DNA of 58,730 bases, counting the filler, from Sphacelaria rigidula (Eukaryota): NCBI GenBank assembly GCA_964200075.2. It is 10 parts of 10 records of this genome, joined end to end, with 100 filler letters (N's around TTAATTAATTAA, not from the genome) between each part and the next. Parts side by side here need not be neighbours in the genome. Positions count along the whole stretch, not along the records: positions 1 to 5,783 come from CAXNAA020024488.1; positions 5,884 to 11,666 come from CAXNAA020024489.1; 8 more parts are not named here. The stretch is one strand, 5' to 3'. The notes under the pieces are model-generated. The model did no database searches and was not told where the DNA came from. It saw only the letters and a program-made list of their open reading frames with translations. A program made the position numbers and the translations under genes. How positions within the stretch are numbered: position 1 is the first letter of the stretch; every line of letters starts with the position of its first letter. This document shows, piece by piece, positions 1 through 10,252 of the stretch.

Positions 1-1507
1 GAAGATTTTAATCCTCCGGATTCTCATCCTCAATCAAAAGCACCATCCTCAACATAGATGATTGGCTGTTTTATCGGCTCACCTCCCACAGATGGGGATA
101 AACCAAAGTGAACATAAATTATTTTCGCGCGAAGCGCAAATATATAGCGCTGCGTTTTCAAACCACCACTGAGCCAAAATCTAGCCTATCCGAAATCAGG
201 GGAAGACCTGTCGCATGGGATATGTCCTGTATCACTGTGCTGCAGCACAGACACACTCATGCGCTGTCTCTTGTGCTGTGGCTGTCGCTGCGTTGGGGTG
301 TCTCCAGGTCCTTTTTAAGACGGTTTGGTCTCCGTTGAGACTGGCAGCGAGAGTTGCTTCATTACTGTCGTGGCGTCCATCTCTTCGAAAAATAATGCTG
401 TCAACACGCAGTGCTCTCTACAGTAGACACTGTGTTGACACCTTCATGGTGTGTTGACTATTTCGTCTCGAGCCAAACGAATAAGGCGCTTCCCAAACCC
501 ACAATTGATATGCTGTAGTTGTCGCTGTGCTGTCGCGCATCTGAACAGTTTACGATGATCACGGTGCGATGTGCGCTGGAGAGTTTCTGGACAGTTGTAG
601 TGCTGCATGCGGTATTTCTTTCTGGACAGAGTTGGGGTGGGACCAAGTTACTTACCGCCCCTTAGAGTAATCATACTTGGTTTGGGACCGAACACGGCTA
701 ACACACTTTACGCTGCGACCTACTGTCTGTTACTACGTGGAGTTTACCTGAATGCTCCGCAAATATAAGGAAAATACTACAGGAGATACCCTCACGAGTT
801 TACTCCCACCCGGTCTCAAGTGCGGACAAAGTCAGTGTCAAATGTATATCTTCGCTGGACTCAGCATCAAGAAACAGTGCGCGTGCATCGTTCTGCACTG
901 AACACAGTCTACTGCACGCTACTGGTGTCTCTGCTTAGTCGTGCACAAGAACACTGCAGTGTGAAGCTATGTTGGCAACACAAGAGGGGTCAGGCAGGCG
1001 GCAAAGACAGGCCACAAGTAAAACGTCTGTCTGTGCACACGTGATTCATGACTTGTTATCAAAATGATTCTCCTGATCTGCAACAACTTCTGTGCCAAGC
1101 GGATACACGTCACGTCAATCGCTCTCTGTGTCAAGTTGTGCTCCAACTACTGTTTCTTTGGGCATATGTTGCTGTGCTGACCTCAAAATAACACCACGGC
1201 CGCACTATCCCCCGTTGATTCGCCATGTTCTGGGCGTGTGCTCTGGTATTCGCGAGAGCAGCGAGGTGGCTATTGTGGTGTGTGTTGTCGGGAGGACTGT
1301 AACGCGCTTCACGTCACGCCTGTTGGTCAATTAATTAATATTTCCGCACATTAGTCGGCCAATAGTATCTCCTATTGAAAGTCCAAACCGAGCGAAACGC
1401 AACCATTGGACTTTTGGTTGACTTTGGACTTCGGGGGAATTACAAAGTCCAAGTCCTGACCCGAATTTGGTCTCCGCAAACACTGTACTGTCTTGAGTGC
1501 CTAATTG

Positions 1508-1792
1508 ATAAGCTTAGGTTTTATAATGGGTATGTCTGGTCACTTCGTGGTTTCACGACCAGGTAAATTACACATTAATGCCGTAGTTGGACCGGGAGGG
1601 ACAGGCTTCGGGTGACAGCGAGTAGGCCAATGACCGAAACGGTCGCGTAGAACAGAGACCAATTCCAAAATGGGTCTACAGTGCTGAATAAGCTTGGTTT
1701 TTAAAATGGGTATGTATGGTCACTTCGTGGTTTCACGACCGGGTAAATTATACATTAATACCGTAGTCGGACCGGGAGGGACAGGCTTCGGG
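1508..1792. repeat. Direct repeat, two ~105-bp copies at 180-bp spacing
   Basis: ATAAGCTT..AATGGGTATGT.TGGTCACTTCGTGGTTTCACGACC.GGTAAATTA.ACATTAAT.CCGTAGT.GGACCGGGAGGGACAGGCTTCGGG at ~1508-1612 and ~1688-1792. Confidence 0.9.
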
Positions 1793-1910
1793 CGTTGCGT
1801 TTGATACGACTTCAGAGAAAATTCAGAAGAGGTGTGTAGTAGGAAATGAAGTTGCAGCAAGGAACACATGCACATGGGTTCATGTTACGGTCTGTGAGGG
1901 TTTTAGAAAA

Positions 1911-2019
1911 AACCAACTAGACTACTGACCAGTCAGTGACCAACTAGACTACTGACCAGTCAGCCGCTGACTGGTCAGTAGTCTAGTTGGTCACTGACTG
2001 GTCAGTAGTAGAGTTGGTT
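1911..2019. repeat. Fold-back palindrome built from tandem ~26-27-bp units
   Basis: AACCAACTAGACTACTGACCAGTCAGTGACCAACTAGACTACTGACCAGTCAGC-C-GCTGACTGGTCAGTAGTCTAGTTGGTCACTGACTGGTCAGTAGTAGAGTTGGTT: 54-bp arms, 2 mismatches, 1-nt loop. Confidence 0.95.
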
Positions 2020-2028
2020 GTCTCTTAA

Positions 2029-2126
2029 CCCTTAGACCGCGAGGTTAGTCTTCTGTTGAATCGGCATCAATTTCAAGTGAAACAAAGTATTCTTGATCCA
2101 GCAAGACTAAGCTCGCGGTCTAACGG
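2029..2126. mobile_element. 98-bp piggyBac-like MITE
   Basis: TTAA at 2025-2028 and 2127-2130. 24-bp TIRs CCCTTAGACCGCGAGGTTAGTCTT / AAGACTAAGCTCGCGGTCTAACGG (2 mismatches). TTAA TSD with CC(Y) termini is the piggyBac hallmark. Confidence 0.75.
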
Positions 2127-3049
2127 TTAAACCGTCACATCTCTGTCTGGTTTGGACATGCCTCTCACATAATGAATCATCATCACCTGTTCCCATACCA
2201 TGAATTTTCCGATAACTACCTTCACCTTCCCAAGTGAGGAACTATACTGCGGTAGTGACCGCGACGTGGGACTCATGCCCCGCACCCGTACAGCAGTGCC
2301 TCCATTACCTCTGCCTGAAATGAAGCAGGCGGGTCTTCAGTCTAGACGATGCTGTCGGCGTATACAGTAATAATAGTAAGATAAATACGCCGGGCCAGAT
2401 CTACATACTGTCGTCTCGTGACGCAGTCGTACCGTTTTCGGCGCAGCCTTTCTACCATGGCATGCTGTTCGATCTGCCCGGACACATACTCGCAACGCCC
2501 TCACCTATTTTTGTTGTGGGCAGCAGAATACCCTGACGGTTTTTTAGTCTGCACTTCAATTCCTTTGATCGAAAAAACAACATAATATGTGGCGCAAAGA
2601 TGACAGTACCGAATGATCTTCCGAAAATCAAATCTTTCTCAGAGACCACCAGAATTTTCCGAAACTCAATTTGTCGCATCGGGGTGAGGCCTCATGGCAT
2701 ATACCTCTTCGTATGCCATTTTCGCGGGCTGAGCAGCGCTCAACACAGCGCAGGATCTCCTTTGGCTATTCTGCTGTCATCTCGGTTTCTGGGGATCTGT
2801 GTCCTGCTTGACTTGCCCATGAAAAAATCGCGGTCAAGTCTCTCCAGCGTGGTGAGTCACGGACAGAGTTGCTTCGATGATTCGATGGCTGTGATCTGTC
2901 GTTGATCCTATCGTGGAGACATCTTGGAATGCAGCAAGGTCCATAAGGTTGGGTCTCGCTAGCACATCGCCCTGTCAGCGCACCACCGGTGGCTCCCTTA
3001 TAGTTTCAGATACCCCAGTTAGCGGGATGTCCGCCCTGTGCAAAGTTTA

Positions 3050-4059
3050 GACTATACTGCTGTTGTTGTACTCGAAGCTGCTGTCGAGGCTGTACAACCC
3101 TAACCCAAGCATGGGAAACCCGCGGTGGAGGAGGTTCGGATCAGTTGCAGCCTTGACTGTTTCAGATTTGAATAACAAAAATAGCATTTTGGAACGAAGT
3201 ATTGCAGTGGCGGATTTGGGGTGGGCTTTTGAAAGGGGGGTGATTCAGATTGAGCAAGACGGCGGGCGTTTCTCTCTTGGTGTGACCGGAAGCAGTATCG
3301 ATCAACAATGCTGCACAGACGTTTGCCCGCCGAAACATGCGTGGCAGCTGTAACCGAACCACTTCGTTCGGCGGAAAGCGGATCTCTGTTCGATACGTTT
3401 GTCTGTAGTGCCCAGGGGCAAGGGGTTGGCCCTTGCAGTTGCAGGTGGCAAGGCGGATGCAAGGGGCTACCGGTCGTGAAAATAGAACTAACGTTGTGCC
3501 CTGGGCATGTCGAAGACCTCGCCCACCCCGGTTTCCAACCACCTATAGGGTTTGACTCTTCCGTTTGGCACATCTGAACTGTTCAACGCAGGGAACCACC
3601 ATGGTGACTTCATGGGCTTCTCGTTTAGGCTGGATCGGGGTAGTGTCCCTAGGTCAACATCATGGGCGGGTCTTCGGTGCAAGTAAGAACACATCATCAT
3701 ACTAGACCCATCGGGATTCACCACCGAGGTGATGAAACAAATCGTAGGCGGAAGAGTTGAAACATGATGGAACATGCACTTGCATCGTGCCAGTCAAGCC
3801 ATCAGTGTGGCTGTGCGAAGTCAAACTTGTTTTAATACATGCACTCTGTTTTCTGGTGGTGAATTTACATTTGCAGGAAGTAAGGACCCTGCAGTTGTCG
3901 GGCAGTGTGCGTAGCGATGAAGGCAGCACCGATATCGTACTGTGCATTGCGCCCGCTGATAGCGATGTGCGCCATGAGGTTTGTTTGCTGTCGAAGGGGC
4001 CGGGTAAGGGTATATTCATGATGAGTCACTTACTTGTGGTGGTGCGCACTTTCCGACAG
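3050..4059 (+). pseudogene. Decayed coding-like cargo inside the TIR element, unknown product
   Basis: The frame of ORF 3063-3353 continues protein-like through several stops to ~3767 (..GDFMGFSFRLDRGS..EHIIILDPSGFTTEVMKQIVGG). It is followed by a candidate exon ttgcag|GAAGTAAGG...CGACAG|gtaagg (3877-4059, EVRTLQLSGSVRSDEGSTDIVLCIAP...). Confidence 0.35.
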
Positions 4060-4086
4060 GTAAGGTACACTATACCAATAAACCAG

Positions 4087-5050
4087 CACATCCTGGATAA
4101 TATACGGTATCTATTGCAACAGCAATAGAATCCACCGCAATAGATGCCAATATTGTCGTCTGTAATGGCTATCGATCGACAAGTTTCTCTTTCTCTCGTC
4201 GTTGGCAAAATCGATCGGTAGACTCCTTTCCCACACTTTTGCCCGTGAAGCTTTCTATTGTGGCCCTGGACCTAAAACTATTTCCGCCGCCCGAATATAT
4301 CAATCGATAGCTTTTCAACTCTATTGATGACCGCAATGGCTATCGATAAGCAGTATGCCAAATATGCTGATGACCGCGATGGCTATTGATAGATTGTGTA
4401 CCAAATGTATTGATGATGACGGTGATGGGCCATTAATAGAGTGCGTAGAAGATATATATTGAGGGCAGCGATGAACATCGACATATACATGCCAGAATCT
4501 ATTCTGGTATACATCTATTCTGGTATACAATCCCTACCGATAGATATTCTCTGTCGTCTACTGCCACACCTACATGGCAACATAGCGTCTTCCAGTATAG
4601 CGCATTTTGTACTCCGTTAAAGCACGGAATCTGTAGAGAGGCCGGAGGTGAAGGTGCAGTGGGTCTATGATACACTAGTTATGAAAATATGACGTCACGA
4701 TTCTGCAAATTCGGAACGGTTGTATGATGTACGATGTAGGAATTCGCAATATGTATGGACCAAATTTTACAAGTTTTGTTGGTATGATGTTGGTCCCCAG
4801 GGTTTGTCCCTCTGATGGACATGGGCGCTTGTATTATAGAACGTTTTTGCGTGGGTGAAACTTGCATATACCCTGGACAAAAGACTATGCAATGGAACAC
4901 TGCGCGGCTGCAATAGCCTCGAAACTCGACAGTTCATGTTTGTTTATTGTCAGTCATATAATCGACTGGCATCACTGTCTATCGATAGCTATTGTATAGG
5001 CGACAAAAGATTCGGGATAAGGGACAGAATGTATTATTGCCGTGACAAGG
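4087..5050. mobile_element. Partial copy of a CACACCCTGGACA-terminus non-autonomous DNA element
   Basis: Colinear with the reverse complement of ~41676-42592. Begins CACATCCTGGATAAT, a degenerate terminus. Rich in CTATCGATAG/CTATTG motifs. Confidence 0.75.
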
Positions 5051-5297
5051 AAATGACCATGCTTCCTATCAATACACACACGCGGCCATTCGGCTTCCTG
5101 TAAAGGATTTTGTAAAACGAAACCCTCCCTAGCGTCCGTTTTTCAAATGCCCTCTAGAAGAGGATATTGGGCATTTGTAATCCTCTAGAGGGTTCTCCAG
5201 GTTGGGGTTTCCCTCGAAGATCTGCGTCAATAATATCGAAATCGTTTGGATTTTTTTTGAGCACGCGCATGCTACGAGTATGGAAAACGCAATTCGG

Positions 5298-5375
5298 ACA
5301 ACCTTTGTTGTTCGAGATACATCCTTCATGCCCGACGTCGGGCATGACGGATTTATTTTGAACAGCAGAGGCTGT
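5298..5375. repeat. Loopless 78-nt inverted repeat (hairpin)
   Basis: ACAACCTTTGTTGTTCGAGATACATCCTTCATGCCCGAC|GTCGGGCATGACGGATTTATTTTGAACAGCAGAGGCTGT. The right arm is also inverted at 5493-5509 (CAGCCTCTGCTGTTCAA). Confidence 0.85.
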
Positions 5376-5783
5376 ACAAATCCCATATACACTGGTAGGT
5401 GGAATTTGTAAAGCAAAAGCTGTTGGAAACAAATCTTCCTTTTGCCCACCAATTCATCCTGTAATTGGGCAAAGGAAAGACCTAATTACGAGCAGCCTCT
5501 GCTGTTCAAGTCCCACATACGAGTGTACGTTCACACGGCTGCGCTACACACCTTTGACCGGTGGGTATATGGTGCAGCGGCCGGAAATACCTCGCTATTC
5601 TAATGATACAGGTTCTCGAAACCCCGTAGTCCATGGTCTACGAATAATACATTGAAAACCGCAAAATATGTTTTTCATGCATGTACGCTTCTTATCTTTT
5701 CTTTGTTTGAACAGCCAATCATCTATGTTGAGGATGGTGCTTTTCATTGAGGATGAGAACCCGGAGGATTAAAATCTTCGCAT

Positions 5784-5883
5784 NNNNNNNNNNNNNNNNN
5801 NNNNNNNNNNNNNNNNNNNNNNNNNNNTTAATTAATTAANNNNNNNNNNNNNNNNNNNNNNNNNNNNNNNNNNNNNNNNNNNN
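5784..5883. other. Artificial linker (first of nine; also 11667-11766, 17550-17649, 23433-23532, 29316-29415, 35199-35298, 41082-41181, 46965-47064, 52848-52947)
   Basis: N-run + TTAATTAATTAA (stops in all frames) + N-run, exactly every 5883 bp. Confidence 0.99.
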
Positions 5884-6189
5884 AAGGAAGGCGTGTCCAC
5901 GGCACGCACCCAGAGAGATACAATGAAGATGTCTCCCCCCCCCCCCCCCCCTCCTCCCCATTTTCGGGTTCCTGTGATCAGCTCTCGTACTCGGCGGAGA
6001 TTAGTGATTGATTGATCGATTGATTGATTGATAGATAAATTGGTTGTCATTATCGACTTTAACTGACTCCCCAACTAATAGTCATGATCCAGCCGTGGTC
6101 ATTATCCACATATGGTGGACGAACCCGAGACAAGACAAAACTGAATAGGTGTTCCCTCGCTGAATATGAGCGAAGGAGGGAACTTGATG

Positions 6190-6500
6190 GTGAGGCACCC
6201 ATGAGGCAGCGTATAGAACGTGGCTGTCTCTGCAGATGGCGATACCAGAAAATAAAGCAACTCATTGTAGGCTGTAATACGAATGCAAGATAAATCAGTA
6301 CGCTTCGGGCCGAACAATCTTAGCAGGATGGAGCTCACCCTTCATGCGACTCGNNNNNNNNNGGGGGGGGAGTGCGACGCGGGTCCGGCGAAGACACGGC
6401 GGGCTCCGTCCCGGCTTGGTAGGGATGCGAGGTCAATGGTCTCATGACTATGGCATACATGATCATGAGTACACCCCCCCCCCTCCTCCTCCTCCCCCCA
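6190..6500 (+). repeat. Interspersed repeat family A
   Basis: CACCCATGAGGCAG...GCAACTCATTGTAGGCTG...GCTTCGGGCCGAACAATCT.AGCAGGATG.AGCTCACCC.TCATGCGACT is also at ~52650-52847 (+) and ~50780-51095 (-), with fragments at ~33780-33990 and ~51700-51780. Confidence 0.85.
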
Positions 6501-6674
6501 TCTGAAAACTCCTGTAAATATTGAAACACATATCAGTACACTATCCTTGCTGTTGATACTAAATTGATATCACATAACTCTGACAAAAAAAAAACACGTC
6601 AAAACAAACCGATGTTTTACTCCAAAGTGACGCAAATACACGTACCAAAAACACAAAAACGCGGCAAACCTCAC

Positions 6675-6992
6675 CCTGCCAGAAACTGTCGTCGCCATCG
6701 TGGAGGAATCCCCGTCCACGGGGAATTTCTTCCCGGCACCTCCAGCACCACCCCCAACTCCCGACAAAAACTCATACAGATCGGGCGCATGACCAACGTC
6801 ACCACTTCCGCCGCAGCCACCGCCAAACACATCTCCCGTACCCGTTCGCTCCGGGCTGTCTGCGGAGGCTGCGAACGGAGACATTTTATCCGGCGTAGTG
6901 CGCTCGGGACTATCGACCTGATCGTGTCCATAGGAGTCAGTCGGAAGGTTCGAAGCGCTGGCCAGGGAGAGAATCTCCGATCCGACTGTCAT
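6675..6992 (-). CDS. Probable first coding exon of an unidentified host gene
   Basis: ATG at 6992 opens MTVGSEILSLASASNLPTDSYGHDQVDSPERTTPDKMSPF...TVSGR, followed by a GTGAGG donor and T-rich intron-like sequence. Confidence 0.5.
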
Positions 6993-7824
6993 AGTTTTGC
7001 TGCGATTGTGTCGCGGCGTGGTCCGGCGCGGAATTCCCGCAGTATCTCGTGTAACCTTGAGAACGGTGGAGCGGGGGGGGGGGGGGGAAGAGCGGGGTCA
7101 GCGGGAACAGTGTGCATGTGTTTCATGGGAAGGAACGGTTGTGAGAACGTAGGAAGGTCGAAAGTGTGTAGTGGTGCATGATTTTCCCACGTCACTTTAT
7201 TCTGTACCAGTTCCATCTCGAGTAGCATCGGGTGGCCTGGCGTGAAAACACGGAGGGCACCCGCAGTCATGGAATGTGTTTTTCACAAATTTAAACTTGT
7301 TATCCAACGAAAAGCTACTGATGTTGATCTCTACAAGTGCGATTCAAACTGAGAATAAGATCACGAAAAGCCGAAGAAACGGCAGCGATTGGCGAATAGA
7401 CATGGCGAGAAGACGAGGTATTTGCTATGTGTGGCACGAACAAGAAATGGCCTAGGAAATGGTATCCATCGAGCTGGTACGAGCTGGGCCAGCCTAGGAG
7501 CGGATCTGTAGGTTGCAGGCCGATTTTCATCCCAATTTTGAGATATGAACTTGGAAATTTGGTGTGGAAAATCGCTAGGGCATGATAAAATTTTCAAAGC
7601 TGAAACGTTGAGATCCAGTATTTTTCACAACTCACGACTCAAGGGAACCAAAAATCCAGTTTCCACTTGATCATCCTCAAGTCAGAAAAATCTTCATGTT
7701 CCAAAATTATTTTCCATGATGCCCTGGCGATTCTCCATGCCAAATTTGAAAGTCCAACGCTTAAAATTGAATGAGAATGTGAGAATGTTGTGTTGTCATC
7801 CCATCTGTTCCGGACGCCATTCTG

Positions 7825-8151
7825 CACCTTTCGATATATGTGGGCGCATCAGCCGGGGTCGCACAGGAGGAAGGCCAACACAGGAGTCCTTTTCCTTGTT
7901 TTGTTTGTTTATAATTCTCCACCTTCCTTGCGCGGTGCTCCCCTTATTTTTCATCGCAAGAGGGGTTCAGCAGTCCCTTTCCCTCGTTGACCACGAAGTC
8001 GATTTCTGTGTACCCATGACATAGTGGCTCTCCACTGTTTGGCATCATGTGAGGAAAATCCCGGATCGTGTGACTTTCACCGAGATTTCGAACCCACGAC
8101 CAAACCGTGAGAGGGATTCGAGGCTGCCAACTGAGCCACCGAGGCGACCGG
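7825..8151 (-). mobile_element. tRNA-derived SINE
   Basis: Minus-strand head CCGGTCGCCTCGGTGGCTCAGTTGG (A box)...GGGTTCGAAATC (B box). The body is shared with 50163-50472 and 9365-9540. Confidence 0.85.
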
Positions 8152-8446
8152 TTAGAATGGGCGATTTAAAACCTGGGCCGGTCAAGATTCGAAGCAGTAT
8201 ACTGCGGGTTATGTACCTGTGCTGTAAACGTTTGTGTGGAAAACCGCTAGGGGGAAAAAAAAAATGGGACACGGTGACTATTCTCCCTGAATTAGGGACG
8301 TTCCAGTGCAGCAAGGACTAGCCTTCCACGAATACGTCCTCAGCTCACGAAGATGAAAATTATGAAGACCCCGTTTTGTTTTGTTTTGTTTACAGTATAC
8401 CCTTTCGACTCTCCATACTAAATTTTAAGGCACACTGTTAAAGTTG

Positions 8447-9191
8447 CGCGGTTCGGACGAATCAGAGTTCATACGAGTTGACTCCTCATGATTTTCGAGT
8501 GTGAATCGTATATCAAAGAGTCATCCGGTACGAATCACGGATGAAGTGGTATATTCAAGATCACATCGCACGAATCATGGACTGGAATATGTACACGTAG
8601 AGTTGTGTAACACGAATCAGGATTGGGAAACACGTACGAATCATGGTCCAAGTACGAATCACTGGTGGGAAACACATACTTATGGTCCATCCCGCATGAA
8701 CTCGAGATTGGGGAAAATGTATACTTCGTTCATCTCGCGCGAACTACAGGTGGGAGAAATATACATGTGATTCACGCCCTATAAAATGCCAGGTGAAAAA
8801 TATGTACCGACGATTCATACCGCACAAATGGACGGTGGAGAACATGTGCCCATTATTCATCCCGCATTAACTAAAGGGTGGGTAACATGTACAGTTCATT
8901 CATCACGCACGAATTACACATGAGAGATGTGCGTGCGATTCACGTCGCATGAACCAAAGGGTGGGCAACATGTGCACATGATAAACACCGTACGAAAGGA
9001 AGGTGGAAAACATGCACCTTCGACGGTGTACCACACGAATCACGAATTCGGAATGTGTACACTTCAAGTGGGGTCGTACGAATCACGGACCGAAAACATG
9101 TACGTATTACAAAAGGATGGACGAATCGTATGATCGACTTGTTCAAATGTTGAAAACGAGTTGAATCATGATTTTTTTCATCCGAACCGTG
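8447..9191. mobile_element. Non-autonomous TIR element with internal degenerate tandem repeats
   Basis: Ends CGCGGTTCGGACGAA / TTCATCCGAACCGTG. Flanks TAAAGTTG and AAAAGTTG suggest an 8-bp TSD with 1 mismatch. The interior has many (C/T)ACGAATCA and ATGTAC motifs at ~40-50-bp spacing. Confidence 0.65.
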
Positions 9192-9364
9192 AAAAGTTGA
9201 GCCGAGTAACAGAGTTGACGGCCAAACCATATTATCCGTTTTTCACAAAAAATGTACTCTACTCATGAAAAAAAAAAAACACCCACGGTTTTGAACGTTT
9301 ATTTTTTATTTTGCCCTTGCTATACTCCATGCCAAATTTCAAAGCACAATTCGGAAACTTGGAC

Positions 9365-9540
9365 GTCGTGGTCGACGAGGGAAGGTAACTGCCGAACCTC
9401 TCTCGAGATAATAAATAAGGCAAGCACCGCAGAAGGAAGGTGGAGTACTAACACAAAAGAAGAAAAAATAACAAAGTCCTGTGTTGATCTTCCCCCTGTG
9501 TGACCTCAGATAGTACGGCAACATATACCGAAAGGTGCGC
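9365..9540 (+). mobile_element. 5'-truncated copy of the SINE
   Basis: AAGGCAAGCACCGCAGAAGGAAGGTGGAG...TCCTGTGTTGATCTTCCCCCTGTGTGACC...ACATATACCGAAAGGTG matches the SINE 3' half. Confidence 0.8.
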
Positions 9541-10252
9541 TCGCAATATGTTGATTACGTAATGTAATCTTTTGTATGCCTCATATCTGGATGAGTAATG
9601 AATTAGGGGAAGGCGAGGATATCGATTGTTACCCCGTTCTCCAGGAACCACACCAAAAATCATCACCCGCCGTACATATCGTCGGGGATTCCGTGTAGAC
9701 TTCATCTCCGCACGGTACAGGATTGACTCTACATCGTGTTTAATCAAACAAGAAAAAACTGGCGTATGATTTTGAGCAGATGGCCATCTTCTTGACTAGA
9801 CGATTAATAAGATACTTATATTTTCTTCGGCAAGTGTTTTAGTTTAGTATGGTCTCGGGTACGTCTGTCATGTGAACACGGCTGGATTATGACCCCTGGG
9901 GGCATCAGTTAAAGTGCGACGATCAATCATTCAATCAAGAATCAGTGGTGCGCGTGGGAGTAGTGCCGCAGGTATCAAAGCCACGGGTCTCGCACGCGTG
10001 GAGGCTTTGAACTAATGGCGGAAAACAAAAAATGGCCCTGACATCAATAATTTTCTAGGGTGAACAAATAAGGACTTCCAACCTCACGGCTAACCATACC
10101 GCTACCAAAGAAGAAAGGAAGCCTGACCATGTTGGCGCCAACCCTGCAGCGCTAAACAAGTAGAAAACCTATCCCGAAGAAGCAAGGGCCAAACCAAGTA
10201 GAACGCCGCCCTCTCACTCGTCTAACCCCACACCGAATGTATAGTAATGAAG

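Larger units (their letters stand above)
1..5779. mobile_element. Non-autonomous TIR DNA element spanning all of segment 1 (70-bp TIRs; possible 4-bp TSD GCAT at 5780-5783)
   Basis: 1-70 GAAGATTTTAATCCTCCGGATTCTCATCCTCAATCAAAAGCACCATCCTCAACATAGATGATTGGCTGTT is the reverse complement of 5710-5779 with 2 mismatches. No long ORF inside. The left flank is not visible, so the TSD is unconfirmed. Confidence 0.85.

Noticed and set aside
5784..5883. Periodic TTAATTAATTAA motif every 5883 bp
   Set aside because: Artificial stop-codon linker embedded in Ns, not biology. ORFs ending in XXXLIN are artefacts of it.
8070..8151. Possible tRNA gene (also 50163-50235)
   Set aside because: A/B boxes are present but there is no convincing cloverleaf, and both are attached to the same ~250-bp repeat body, so these are SINE heads
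8500..9130. CRISPR-like repeat array
   Set aside because: Units are degenerate and irregular, there are no identical repeats with unique spacers, no cas genes, and the context is a eukaryotic TE
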